Positions 10,504-21,413 of a stretch of 25,261 nucleotides of DNA are shown piece by piece. The position numbers and the translations under genes were made by a program. Within the stretch, counting starts at the first letter, position 1; every line of letters starts with the position of its first letter. This DNA is from Octopus sinensis (Eukaryota): NCBI RefSeq assembly GCF_006345805.1, contig NW_021836063.1, positions 1 through 25,261 of the forward strand. The letters are read 5' to 3'. The notes beneath the pieces were generated by a model that worked only from the letters and a program-made list of their open reading frames with translations, was not told the DNA's origin and did no database searches.

Positions 10504-10727
10504 CATATATATATATTATATATATATATATACATATATATATACCATACATATATATATATACTATATATAGTATATATATATATATTATTGTATATAG
10601 ATACTATATAAATATATAGCATATATAATATATAAACTAAATATCTATAGATAGAAATCTATATATATATATATACACATACATAGATATATATATATAT
10701 ATATATATATCATAAAGATCTATATAC

Positions 10728-10800
<73 letters not shown>
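10300..10800. repeat. Long imperfect (TA)n tract
   Basis: Directly visible. Confidence 0.95.
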
Positions 10801-11234
10801 CATGTTTGCATTATGCTGCATAGGTATGTATGTATTCTTCCATGTAACTATGTAAGTGTAGACATATTTCTGTATGTAAGTTTGTGTGTGTGCGTGTAAA
10901 CTTTTTTTTATATGTATATACAACATACTCCTGTGTTTCTCCATTTACTTAAAACATGTAGAACAGAAACAGATTGACGCTTTCAGGAGTTGCCATTTCA
11001 AAAGACAACAGAGTTTTAAAAAAAAAAAATTAGGCCAGAGATTCTTCCTGAACAACACTTCTTAGTCTCTCTATGTGTAGATGTCATATGTGGCCTGATT
11101 GTAAAATGCTATGTAGCGCGTAAGTTCTAAGTTTATTTCCTTCAGAACGTGCAAGGAAGCATTCCTTATATACATACATACACACACATACACACACACA
11201 CACGAACACACACACACACACAACACACACACAC

Positions 11235-11278
<44 letters not shown>

Positions 11279-11324
11279 ATGGTGATACATCAGCATGGCC
11301 GCAGCTCTGAGTTGAAACTAGAGA

Positions 11325-11380
<56 letters not shown>

Positions 11381-11589
11381 GATGAATAGCCTTTGCGTAA
11401 ACCACCAGTTCGTTTTGTTCTCTTACTTTATTATCATCTTATAATCATCTCATAATAATGACTTTTATGACTCGTATTACTACCTCAGTCAATCTAAATG
11501 TATATATTTGTCACTACCTGTCATAAATAGCCTTTTTCTATTTGCAATATGCATTTTCGCTGATTTTTCATATTTTACCCCTATATATA

Positions 11590-11737
11590 TATAATCAAAA
11601 TAAGCTACAAGGATATCCAAAGTAGAGTAGTACAATTGTTTCATGCTACTTCATTTTATTAAACACTGTTCGAATAAAGTAGCATGAAACGATTGTACTA
11701 CTCTACCCTGGATATCTTGTTGCTTATTTTGATTATA
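11590..11737. repeat. Near-perfect inverted repeat (hairpin), ~61-bp arms, 25-nt loop
   Basis: TATAATCAAAATAAGC...GTTTCATGCTACTT (11590-11651) versus AAGTAGCATGAAAC...GCTTATTTTGATTATA (11677-11737). Confidence 0.92.
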
Positions 11738-11813
11738 GTCACCCCATTTGATTTATATGGATAATACCATGCAAAATTCTGATCCCTTTAACTTAAGTAC
11801 CATATTCATCTGA

Positions 11814-11814
<1 letters not shown>

Positions 11815-11875
<61 letters not shown>

Positions 11876-11884
11876 ACATCTATC

Positions 11885-11916
<32 letters not shown>

Positions 11917-11960
11917 CTATCTCTCTACTATCTACTATCTATCTATCTATATTATCTATC
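11815..11960. repeat. (CTAT)n / GATA-type tetranucleotide repeat
   Basis: Directly visible. Confidence 0.95.
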
Positions 11961-12069
11961 TATATATATATATATATATAATCATATATATTATATATAT
12001 AAGTTAGCGTAGATTTAAACAAAGATCGAGAGGATAGATAATAGTAGATAGGTGTATAATATATATATA

Positions 12070-12450
12070 TGGAAAGAAAGAGAAATAAGAGAAAGCCCGA
12101 GAGAAAACTTTTAACAAAAATATCATTAGTTTAACGTTTAAAGTATCATGAGAGAATCTTTGACGTTTCGGACACTGTTTCTTTATCGGTAAAAAGAAAG
12201 AAAAGAATAAATGGGATAAGTGGCGGAAAGGCGTTGAAAATAAAAGATAGAGTAAAAAGTTTAGGGATCAGATGGGAATGCTGTTCTAAGGGGGAAGTTT
12301 GGAAGAGAGGAAGGTGTATGTTGTGTGTAAACATGTGAGGATTCTGTGCATGGATATGAAAGTAGAGGGGAGTTGTGGGTAATGTTCAGTGTGTGTAGAT
12401 ATGCACTTAGTTTCGAGGACTTTTTAATGGAGTTCAACCTTATTGTAAAC
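12070..12450 (-). mobile_element. Decayed Penelope-like 3' fragment with hammerhead-like remnant
   Basis: Minus strand CCGATAA-AGAAACAGTGTCC-GAAA-CGTC-AAAG at about 12158-12189. It is preceded by a peptide (LEQHSHLIPKLFTLSFIFNAFPP) weakly resembling the end of a GIY-YIG domain. Confidence 0.4.
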
Positions 12451-12456
12451 ATTTCC

Positions 12457-12769
12457 CAACCTCACGTTTCTCGGTTGAGTCCCACTGCGTGGCAGCTAGG
12501 GTAACTGTATTCTTCTATAGCATATGTATGTGTGTGTACGTACGTATGTATGCATGTGTATGTACGTAGTGTGGGGACAATGTGTGCACGTAAGTATGTA
12601 TGTATACATGTCACACCACACAGACACAAACACACACCACACACACACAACATACCACCAATATAAATAGATATACCAGATATACAAAACACTACATATA
12701 ATATATATATAATATATATAATATAATATACATATATACACACACTATATACACAAACACAACATATAA

Positions 12770-12800
<31 letters not shown>

Positions 12801-13140
12801 CCCATATATGATATGACGAGCTATATAATAGTATTATATATATATAGACTTACCCTCAGTTTCCTTGTACCAAATTAACTCACAAAGTTTTGGTCGGTCA
12901 GAGGCTATAGTAGAAGCCACTTGCCCATGGTGCCACGCATGGGTGTGTGTGTGTATCCCCCCACTGCTTGACAACCTGTGTTGGTGTGTTTACATCCTCG
13001 TAACCTAACGGTTCGGCAAGAAGGTCCGATAGAATAAGCACCAGGCTTTAAAACAGGTACTGTGTCGATTCATTCGATTTAAATTGTTCAAGGTGGTGCC
13101 CCAGCACGGCCGCAGTCTAATGACTAAGACAAGTAAAGGA
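12457..13140 (+). mobile_element. Family B SINE with internal microsatellite and an inverted middle segment
   Basis: Head on + (12457-12521, GTCCCACTGCGTGGCA...CTATAGC), body on - (12856-12939), tail on + (12950-13140, CCAGCACGGCCGCAGTCTAATGACT). Confidence 0.7.
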
Positions 13141-13164
13141 ATATGATATCGGTGGAATTTGATA

Positions 13165-13383
13165 TATGGGGTGGGCGTCGAAAAGTTCCTGGCTTTAAGG
13201 CAATGGCGAAAGGCCTTGTTGAAGGCCCAACCTTTCGAGTACTTTTACAGGGCTTAGAAAAACTGAAGGACTTCTGCAATAAGTGTGTGAATCTGAGAGG
13301 GGAATATATTGGATTAAATCATAATTAACAGATCCTCTTGTATTTCCTTTTATCCAAAGTCAGGAATTTTTCAGCACATCCTC
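13165..13383 (+). mobile_element. Mariner-derived MITE, second copy
   Basis: Decayed TIRs GAAAAGTTCCTGGCTTT / AAAGTCAGGAATTTTTC. ORF 13143-13328 ends QGLEKLKDFCNKCVNLRGEYI, matching the mariner transposase C-terminal GIxKLxxRWxKCxxxxGxY pattern. Confidence 0.8.
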
Positions 13384-14023
13384 CTCCACCACCACCACCA
13401 CCGCCGCCCTAATGGTTAAATATAGTCTTTTGAAATGTGGAATTGAATTGCTTGGGTTATGTATGGATGTGAAGGATGTTTCGAGTGGATCCAATATTTC
13501 TACAAATGGAATAGATATGAGAACAGTTGTCAAGTTATTGGAATCAATCGTTATCTAAAAGTCGATCTCCAACAGCAAGACAATCATTTGTAATCGATTC
13601 TTGTCGATATAAATAGACAACTAAATCAATATATTTTGCTATAAATACATTTATTATAAGAATCATTGAAACATTGTAACATTGACAGAGTGAGTCTGGT
13701 ACACATGACAGCAAGAATTTAACGGAATAATTCTGGAGAGAGGAAACTGTCTGTGGCAGAATTAATTTCTAGAATCGGATTGGATTTGTATTTAGGGATA
13801 TTCTACAGACATGATAGAAAATCTTTGTGTAGTTTTATAAAAACAAGTGTTTCTTGATCTTATTATTAAGAAATGTATCCTGAAGACATCGGTTGTCTCC
13901 TACGCCAAGTCACTCAAAAACATGCGAATAGACACGTTTGGATGCACCAAACAGCAATATGAGTAATGGTGGTTGCGTCGTCGCAGGTCGGCGGGTGAGC
14001 TCAAGCGAGGATACGCTCTAACC

Positions 14024-14242
14024 CAGTGCTTTTCAACCTTTTTGCTGGAGCGGAACCCCAAGAAAACAGTTCACTGGGTCGAGGAACCCCTGTGCAATAA
14101 TTTAATTGTCTTATGCACACATATCTGCACAGGAGAATTAAGAATTACTGTCGATTTTAGCATTTTTGTAACTTCTTGCGGAACCCCTGGATTGTACTGG
14201 CGGAACCCTAAGGTTCCGTGGAACCCTGGTTGAAAACCACTG
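14024..14242. mobile_element. hAT-superfamily (Charlie-like) MITE, 219 bp
   Basis: TIRs CAGTGCTTTTCAACC / GGTTGAAAACCACTG (14/15). Perfect 8-bp TSD CTCTAACC at 14016-14023 and 14243-14250. Internal GGAACCC repeats. Confidence 0.93.
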
Positions 14243-14664
14243 CTCTAACCCAACGTCCTGAGTTGCTGCGATGATGACACCTGTGCATAGGTGAGATCAT
14301 TATACATGTTTATTGTTTCTTTTCCCGTTAAAGGACATCTTTTTGTCCCATCCCACGCGTTTAGTAAGTCATTTGCTTAACGTCCTTCGTATCTAATGTA
14401 TGACTTTGAAGCTAATAAAGAAACAAGCATCATCATCATCATTATCCTCTTCCTCCTTATCATCATCATCATTGCCGTCGTCAGATTTAAAAATAAGTAG
14501 TGGAGGCGATTCGTTCGATCATTCCCTCTGAGGTGATGCTCCAGATGGCCGTAGCCTAAAGAATGAAACAAGAAGATAAAAGATTCATAATCGAATGCAA
14601 ACACATCACCCCTTATAACTCCTTTAGAAATCATTAGTAAGTAAGGAAGAGACAAACATGGCCT

Positions 14665-15267
14665 ATTTCTTTACTACCCACAAGGGGCTAAACACAGAGG
14701 GGACAAACAAGGACAGACAAACGGATTAAATCGATTCTATCGACCCCAGTGCGTAACTGGTACTTATTTAATCGACCCCGAAAGGATGAAAGACAAAGTC
14801 GACCTCGGCGGAATTTGAACTCAGAACGTAAAGACAAACGAAATACCTCTTTCCTTACTACTCACACAAGGGGCTAAACACAGAGAGGACAAACAAGGAC
14901 AGACAAACGGATTAAGTCGATTCTATCGACCCCAGTGCGTAACTGGTACTTAATTTATCGACCCCGAAAGGATGAAAGGCAAAGTCGACCGCGGCGGAAT
15001 TTGAACTCAGAACTTAGCGGCAGGCGAAATACCTATTTATTTACTACCCACAGGGGCTAAACACAGAGAGGACAAACAAGGACAGACAAACGGATTAAGT
15101 CGATTACATCGACTCCAGTGCGTAACTGGTACTTAATTTATCGACCTCGAAAGGATGAAAGGCAAAGTCGACTTCGGCGGAATTTGAACTCAGAACGTAG
15201 CGGCAGACGAAATACTGCTAAGCATTCCGTCTGGCATGATACCGTTTCTGCCAGCTCGCCGCCTTTC
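14665..15267 (-). mobile_element. Family A SINE concatemer (one head plus three ~185-bp units) within a single TSD
   Basis: Three high-identity units (boundaries near 14846 and 15032); head GGCGGCGAGCTGGCAGAAAC on minus. GACAAACATGGCCT duplicated at 14651-14664 and 15268-15281. Confidence 0.95.
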
Positions 15268-15502
15268 GACAAACATGGCCTGCCTAGGAAGTAGATGGGT
15301 TATGGCTCAAAAACCAGAACCCGCAGCGTACGTAAGGTACTGTAGTGACACAACCAGTAGACCAAAGTACAAGATGTCTTGTTGTATTAAGTTATAACCC
15401 TTTACGTTCTGAGTTCAAATTCCGCCAGAGGTAACTGTATCGTTTACCAATTTGACGTTAGTAAAAGAAAAGGACCAGTAACGAAATTGAGTCTATTATT
15501 TC

Positions 15503-15735
15503 TATTTCTTTACTACCCAGAAGGGGCTAAACACAGAGGGGACAAACAAGGACAGACAAATGGATTAAGTCGATTCTATCGACCCCAGTGTGTAACTGGT
15601 ACTTAATTAATCGACCCCGAAAAGATTAAAGGCAAAGTCGATCTCGGCGGAATTTGAACTCAGAATGTAACGGCAGACGAAATACGGCTACGCATTTCGC
15701 CCGGCGTGCTAACGTTTCTGCCAGCTCGCTGCCTT
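15503..15735 (-). mobile_element. Family A SINE monomer, young, perfect TSD
   Basis: AATTGAGTCTATTATTTC (18 bp) at 15485-15502 and 15736-15753. The core TTTGCCTTTAATCTTTTCGGGGTCGATTAATTAAGTACCAG resembles, from recall, the Meta/MESC SINE domain. Confidence 0.95.
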
Positions 15736-15898
15736 AATTGAGTCTATTATTTCATCCACTGATTACACCTCCATCTCTATAACATTTGAGACACTGAGTC
15801 TACCTGAAGACTTCATATTTATTCGTATGCAAAAGGCGAGTCATTTGGGCCACAATGTAACAGGTTGACTTTATAGATCAAATGTAACCGTAAAATAA

Positions 15899-16105
15899 GG
15901 TGGCGAACTGGCAGAACAGTTAGCACGCCTGCTTAGCGGCATCTCGTACGTCTTTACGTTCTGCGTTCAAATCTTGAAGAGGTCGACTTTGCCTTTCATC
16001 CTTTTGGGGTTGATAAAGTCAATACCAGTTAAACAATGAGGTCGTTGCAGTCGACTTATACCTCCTCCCAAAGTTTCTGGCCTTAGGCCAACATTGGAAA
16101 TCAGT
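15899..16105 (+). mobile_element. Family A SINE, older alternative-tail subfamily, with TSD
   Basis: GGTGGCGAACTGGCAGAAC head and GGTCGACTTTGCCTTTCATCC core. TGTAACCGTAAAATAA (15883-15898) versus TGTAACGGTGAAATAA (16106-16121). Confidence 0.88.
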
Positions 16106-16698
16106 TGTAACGGTGAAATAATTACTTTGCGTCTGGTAAACATATATTTACATTTCGTTGTTTCAAATTAAGCGTTTCTTTCAAGACACTCCTTACACAA
16201 TACTTAAAAATAATGCGATTCCTTTGCTACTTAGCAAACACGTGCATTATATGTACATATGTGTGTCTGCAAGTGTGTCTGTCTCTATGTCAGCGCGTGT
16301 ATGTATATATGTATATATATATACGCCTATGGGTCTATGTTATTTGTACGTCAGTGTGCTCGTAGATATATTTGTAAAAATATGTGTGGCTATATAAATA
16401 TGTATGCCTACGTGTTTATATATCTATTGTTTTATGTGTATAGATGTGTATATAGATTTGTATATGTTTATATCTTCACTTTTTATGTTTCGTATATAGG
16501 TAGGTCTATATGTTTATGCTTTTGTTTACATATGTCTATATATATATATTTGTTTTCTGTCATGTTTGCATACACGTTTATATATACATATATATATAGA
16601 TATATATATCTGTGAGTGTGTGTGTATGTTCGTGTTTACATGTTTACATGTATGACTATATATATTGACACGTTGTGTATGTAATAAATAAATATATA

Positions 16699-16731
<33 letters not shown>

Positions 16732-16962
16732 GCATGTTTTTTTCCAGATCAAACCACTATTTTGCCGTCAGTCAAATTGTCTCTTCACAAAGAAACTCAG
16801 ATCTAATAATACAACACTTCGCTTATTGTCTTCTGATTCCTATTGCCTATTCATCCAATAATAATCCGTTCTTCTAATGGCAACACATATAAAGCCATTT
16901 ATTAGCATAATTCCAGTTCTCCTCTAATTCTTCAACTGGCCGAAATATACTTACTATAAGAT

Positions 16963-17094
16963 ATGACAACGGATGAGCAAGAAGCGTGCGTGAAAACGAG
17001 GAAGAGATTGCGCTCTCTTCTCGACCGACTAAAGCGCCGAAGAAAATATATTTGGTTTTCAGTATTCTTGTTTATTTTCTGTCTTCTATATTAG
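16963..17094 (+). CDS. Candidate 43-aa small ORF with basic stretch and C-terminal hydrophobic segment
   Basis: MTTDEQEACVKTRKRLRSLLDRLKRRRKYIWFSVFLFIFCLLY*, in non-repetitive sequence downstream of a splice-acceptor-like TTTTTTTCCAG (AG at 16746-16747). No homology recognised. Confidence 0.2.
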   Translation: MTTDEQEACVKTRKRLRSLLDRLKRRRKYIWFSVFLFIFCLLY

Positions 17095-17370
17095 TAGCTG
17101 AGCTATTATTAGTATAGCAGCGACTATGCTAAATGAAAACTATAAGCTCTCTTTTCTTACCGACCGACCAACCACCTAACCAAACAGCCAGTCATTCCTA
17201 ACGTCTAAGACACATAACAACATCTTAAATACCATTCACTCTTAGTTCACACGCGCTGAAAAACAAAATTCTTAAATGTTTTAAAATTAAGAAGTAATTA
17301 AATGATATATGTATAAGAAATAAAATGAAAATAGAGCATGGGTAAAAACTACTTAATAGAATCTCTCAAC

Positions 17371-17615
<245 letters not shown>

Positions 17616-17737
17616 TATCTCTCTGTCGGTCTGTCTGTCTGGCTATCTATATGCATATGCATATATATATACATACATATATATTTATCATTCATTTTAT
17701 ACTTTTTGAAAAGAAAAAAAAATTACATATATATATA

Positions 17738-17964
17738 CATAGGGATTGTTTCTGTTTTTAGATTCCATATTCGAGTTACCTCTATTTCCAGGTCTTTGTA
17801 TTATGAACGTTTCTCCATTTCTTTTAGAGACGCGTTGTCATCTGCTGGTATTGATACATCAATGAGAAAGCATTTTTTCCTTCATGATCTCTGACAACTA
17901 TATCTGGCCTGTTGGCCTTAATTTCTCTATCTGTCTCTATTGGCATATCCCAGAGTATGGTTTC
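17738..17964 (-). pseudogene. R4/Dong-like non-LTR retrotransposon fragment, restriction-like endonuclease domain
   Basis: ETILWDMPIETDREIKANRPDIVVRDHEG, then after a frameshift KKCFLIDVSIPADDNASLKEMEKRS*YKDLEIEVTRIWNLKTETIP. This is the PD...D and K..KY..L pattern of RLE endonucleases. Abuts (TAA)n at 17965-18042. Confidence 0.88.
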
Positions 17965-17978
17965 TATTATTATTATTA

Positions 17979-18044
<66 letters not shown>

Positions 18045-18185
18045 GGCGGCAAGCTGGCAGAATCATTAGTACCCGTGACTTATTTTATCGTCCCTGTAGG
18101 GGTCAATAAAATAAGTACTGGAGTTGATATAATCGAATTCCCTCTCCCCTCATAAACTGCTAACCTTGTACCAAAATTTGAAACC
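18045..18185 (+). mobile_element. Family A SINE with internal deletion
   Basis: GGCGGCAAGCTGGCAGAATCATTAG head, GGGGTCAATAAAATAAGTAC core and CCTTGTACCAAAATTTGAAAC tail. Confidence 0.8.
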
Positions 18186-18715
18186 ATTATGTCTTACACG
18201 ATTGTATCTGATTTCCGATAGTCGACAGTGAGATCAGTTACTGAATAAATACTATAAAATCCTGTAATTATTATACAACATGTCATCCTTTTGTTCCTGT
18301 TCATACCATTTTCCCGCCAATTATTACCGAATTTAAATGTTTTTTGTACAAACACTTAGAATATAGCTATTACTCTCGTTCACTTTTCCATACATTCTGT
18401 ATTTGCTATAAGACTGAATTTCATCAATATTTGTTTTTATCAACATCATTCTAATAGCCTTTGTCTGAGGGGCTACAATTAGGATTTAAGTTTCTCATTC
18501 CAAATTTTTATCTCTCAGCCACAACCAGCATTCTTCACTTACACCTTCCTCTGTTTATGCCTATTCACGTAGTTCTTTTTTTCCGATTATCTGTGTTGCA
18601 CTTTTTCTTTCTGACCTTGCGACCTTTCACTGTTTCAGAGACTTTTTTTCTATATTCCTAGCAGCTGAATTATGATGATGATGATGATAATAATAATAAT
18701 AGTAATAGTAATGCA

Positions 18716-18893
18716 TTCAAATTTTGGCACAAGGCCAGCAACTCTGGGAGAGGGGTTATGTCGATTACATCGACCCAAGTGTTCAACTACCGCTTATTTT
18801 ATTTACCGCGAAAGGATGAAAAGCAAAGAGGACCTCGGATGAAATGTCACTAAGTATTTCTCGCGGTGTGCTAACCAATCTCCCTGCTTGCCA
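18716..18893 (-). mobile_element. Family A SINE, degenerate
   Basis: TTCAAATTTTGGCACAAGGCCAGCAA...GTCGATTACATCGACCC...GAAAGGATGAAAAGCAAAG is the reverse complement of the family consensus seen elsewhere in the window. Confidence 0.8.
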
Positions 18894-18896
18894 ATG

Positions 18897-19161
18897 CTAA
18901 TAATGATGACGATGATGACGATGATGATGATAGTGATAATGATGTTGATAATGAATGTAATAATAATGTTAAATATTATTATTATCATTATTACTAGCAG
19001 CAGCAGCAGCAGCGGTACCACCACCACCACTACTACAACTACTACCACTACAACTACTACTACTACTACTACTACCACTACCACTACTACTACTACTACT
19101 ACCACTACCACTACTACTACTACCACTACCACTACTACTACTACTACTACTACCACTACTA

Positions 19162-19192
<31 letters not shown>

Positions 19193-19458
19193 CACTACTA
19201 CTACTACTACTACAACTACTACCACTACAAATACGACTACTACTACTACCACTACCACTATACTACTACTACTCACCACTACCACCACTACTACTACTAC
19301 ACCACTAACACTACTACTACTACTACTACTACCACTACTACCATTACTACTAACTACTACTACTACACTACTACTACTACTACTACTACTACACTACTAC
19401 TACTACAATACTAATACTACACTACTACTACACCACTACTACTACTACTACTATACTA

Positions 19459-19489
<31 letters not shown>
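18897..19489. repeat. Compound trinucleotide tract (GAT/AAT)n-(AGC)n-(ACC/ACT)n
   Basis: Directly visible; about 470 bp of ACT/ACC. Confidence 0.97.
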
Positions 19490-19490
<1 letters not shown>

Positions 19491-19750
19491 TTGCTGTGTA
19501 TTTTCCTTCATTCTTTCAGTTTGTCAATTAGTCTGACGTTTAGAGACATGAATAAACAAGCAGTGTGTGCAATCTTTTATTAAGACTATACATATGTGCA
19601 TTAGTATATACACAGGCATATAGATGCACACATACATACACATGCATATACATATATATATGTATGTATATATGTATGTATATATACATGTATATATATA
19701 TATATATACACTTATATATTTGTGTGTGTATGTGTGTGTGTCCACGTATA

Positions 19751-19809
<59 letters not shown>

Positions 19810-19891
19810 CTCAGAAAAACAAAGAGAGAGATAGCATTAGAAATCAGAAAGGGAGAGTGGAATAGAGAGACATAGAAAATGACCGAACGAC

Positions 19892-20060
19892 GAGTGAGTG
19901 AGTGAGTGAGTGAGTGGGTGAGTGAGTGAGTGGGTGAGTGAGTGAGTGGGTGAGTGGGTGAGTGAAAGAGTGGGTGAGTGAGTGAGTGGGTGAGTGGGAG
20001 AGGGAGTAGGTGAGTGTGTGGGTAAGTGATTGGGTGAGTGGGTGAGTGAGTGAGTGAGTG
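19892..20060. repeat. (GAGT/GGGT)n tetranucleotide repeat
   Basis: Directly visible. Confidence 0.95.
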
Positions 20061-20109
20061 CGTAAGAAACACTAAGGAAGTTCAGTTCATAATAATAATA
20101 TCATTATTA

Positions 20110-20250
20110 TTATTATTTTTATTTTTATTTTTTTTCTTCTTTCAAATTTGCTTCCATTTCTTGCCGAGTGTCTTCCCGACTCCTAGGGCAAAGAAACTCA
20201 TAGCATACATTGGTAGGCCATTAAACCAAACTCAGTAGTTCGTTCATTTT
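20110..20250 (-). mobile_element. Probable LINE 3' UTR remnant ending in an A-rich/(TAA)n tail
   Basis: Minus strand ...GCCCTAGGAGTCGGGAAGACACTCGGCAAGAAATGGAAGCAAATTTGAAAG runs into AAAAATAAAAATAATAATAAT, between (TAA)n tracts. Confidence 0.4.
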
Positions 20251-20262
20251 TTTTTAAAGTTA

Positions 20263-20315
<53 letters not shown>

Positions 20316-20320
20316 TTATT

Positions 20321-20444
20321 CAGTAGTTTTATTTTTATAGCGTGCTTTCACTTCAATACCGAGTGCAGCTCTGTGTGCCTTGGGTCTGTGCTGTGATTTG
20401 TTGTGATGCTCTGATGGTTACTGTATGGAAAGTTCTGCGTAGCA

Positions 20445-20445
<1 letters not shown>
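20321..20445 (-). mobile_element. 5'-truncated R4/Dong-like 3' end inserted in (TAA)n
   Basis: Minus strand CTACGCAGAACTTTCCATACAGTAA resembles a frameshifted ORF end (LRRT..SIQ*). About 100 bp of UTR then runs into (AAT)n; (ATT)n on both sides. Confidence 0.6.
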
Positions 20446-20521
<76 letters not shown>

Positions 20522-20904
20522 GTTAGTAGTAGTAGTAGTAGTAGTAGTAGTAGGATTGATGAATTGATTTTTGTTGTTTATATATTTAATAATAGAAGTG
20601 ATGCAGAATTATTAGTCGTTAACTACTCAAACAAAAGAGATGTTTGAACAGTAATAATAGCAATAATGACAATGACAAACACACACACACACACATACAC
20701 ACACAAGCAAATATATGTTTGTATGTGTGTGTGTGAGGTGTGTGTGTGTGTGTGTGTGTGTCTTTGTGAAGTATGTTTATGATCAGGGTAAAAAAGAGCA
20801 AAGCATTTTATCGGGGAATTATTGACAGAAAAAATCATGTAATATCGCGCAGACTATTAAAAGTCACTGTTTGAAGATATGCAAGTTGTTTCTGGTTGGA
20901 CAAT

Positions 20905-20954
20905 CTATATATATATATATGTATATATGTATATATGTATATTATATATATATA

Positions 20955-21044
<90 letters not shown>

Positions 21045-21051
21045 ATATGTA

Positions 21052-21128
<77 letters not shown>

Positions 21129-21160
21129 ATATATATATATATATATAGATATAGATATAT
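20905..21160. repeat. (TA)n tract
   Basis: Directly visible. Confidence 0.95.
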
Positions 21161-21377
21161 GGGCGTAGCTGTGTTGTATGTAGAAGCTTGCTTCCCAAAC
21201 CACATGGTTCCGGGGTTCGGTCCCACTTCGTAGCACCTTCGGTAAGTGTCTTCTACTATAGTCTCGGGCCGACCAATGCCTTCTGAGTGGATTTGTGTTA
21301 AGCGGAAACTAGAAGAATCCCACAAATATATACATACATACACACAACCACACACACACAAACATATATATATATAT

Positions 21378-21411
<34 letters not shown>

Positions 21412-21413
<2 letters not shown>

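Noticed and set aside
13412-13558. 48-aa ORF MVKYSLLKCG... in unique-looking sequence
   Set aside because: No recognisable motif or splice support; could be old TE debris but cannot be assigned.
18600-18660. Possible fourth hammerhead remnant (TTTCTGACC...AGACTTTTTTTCTATATTCCT)
   Set aside because: Flanks faintly resemble 21468-21512, but the GAAAC core and stem II are absent.
18803-19583. 231-aa poly-Thr (mucin-like) ORF and antisense poly-Val ORF
   Set aside because: An (ACT/ACC)n trinucleotide tract that slips between T, L and Y frames; no signal peptide, domain or splice context.
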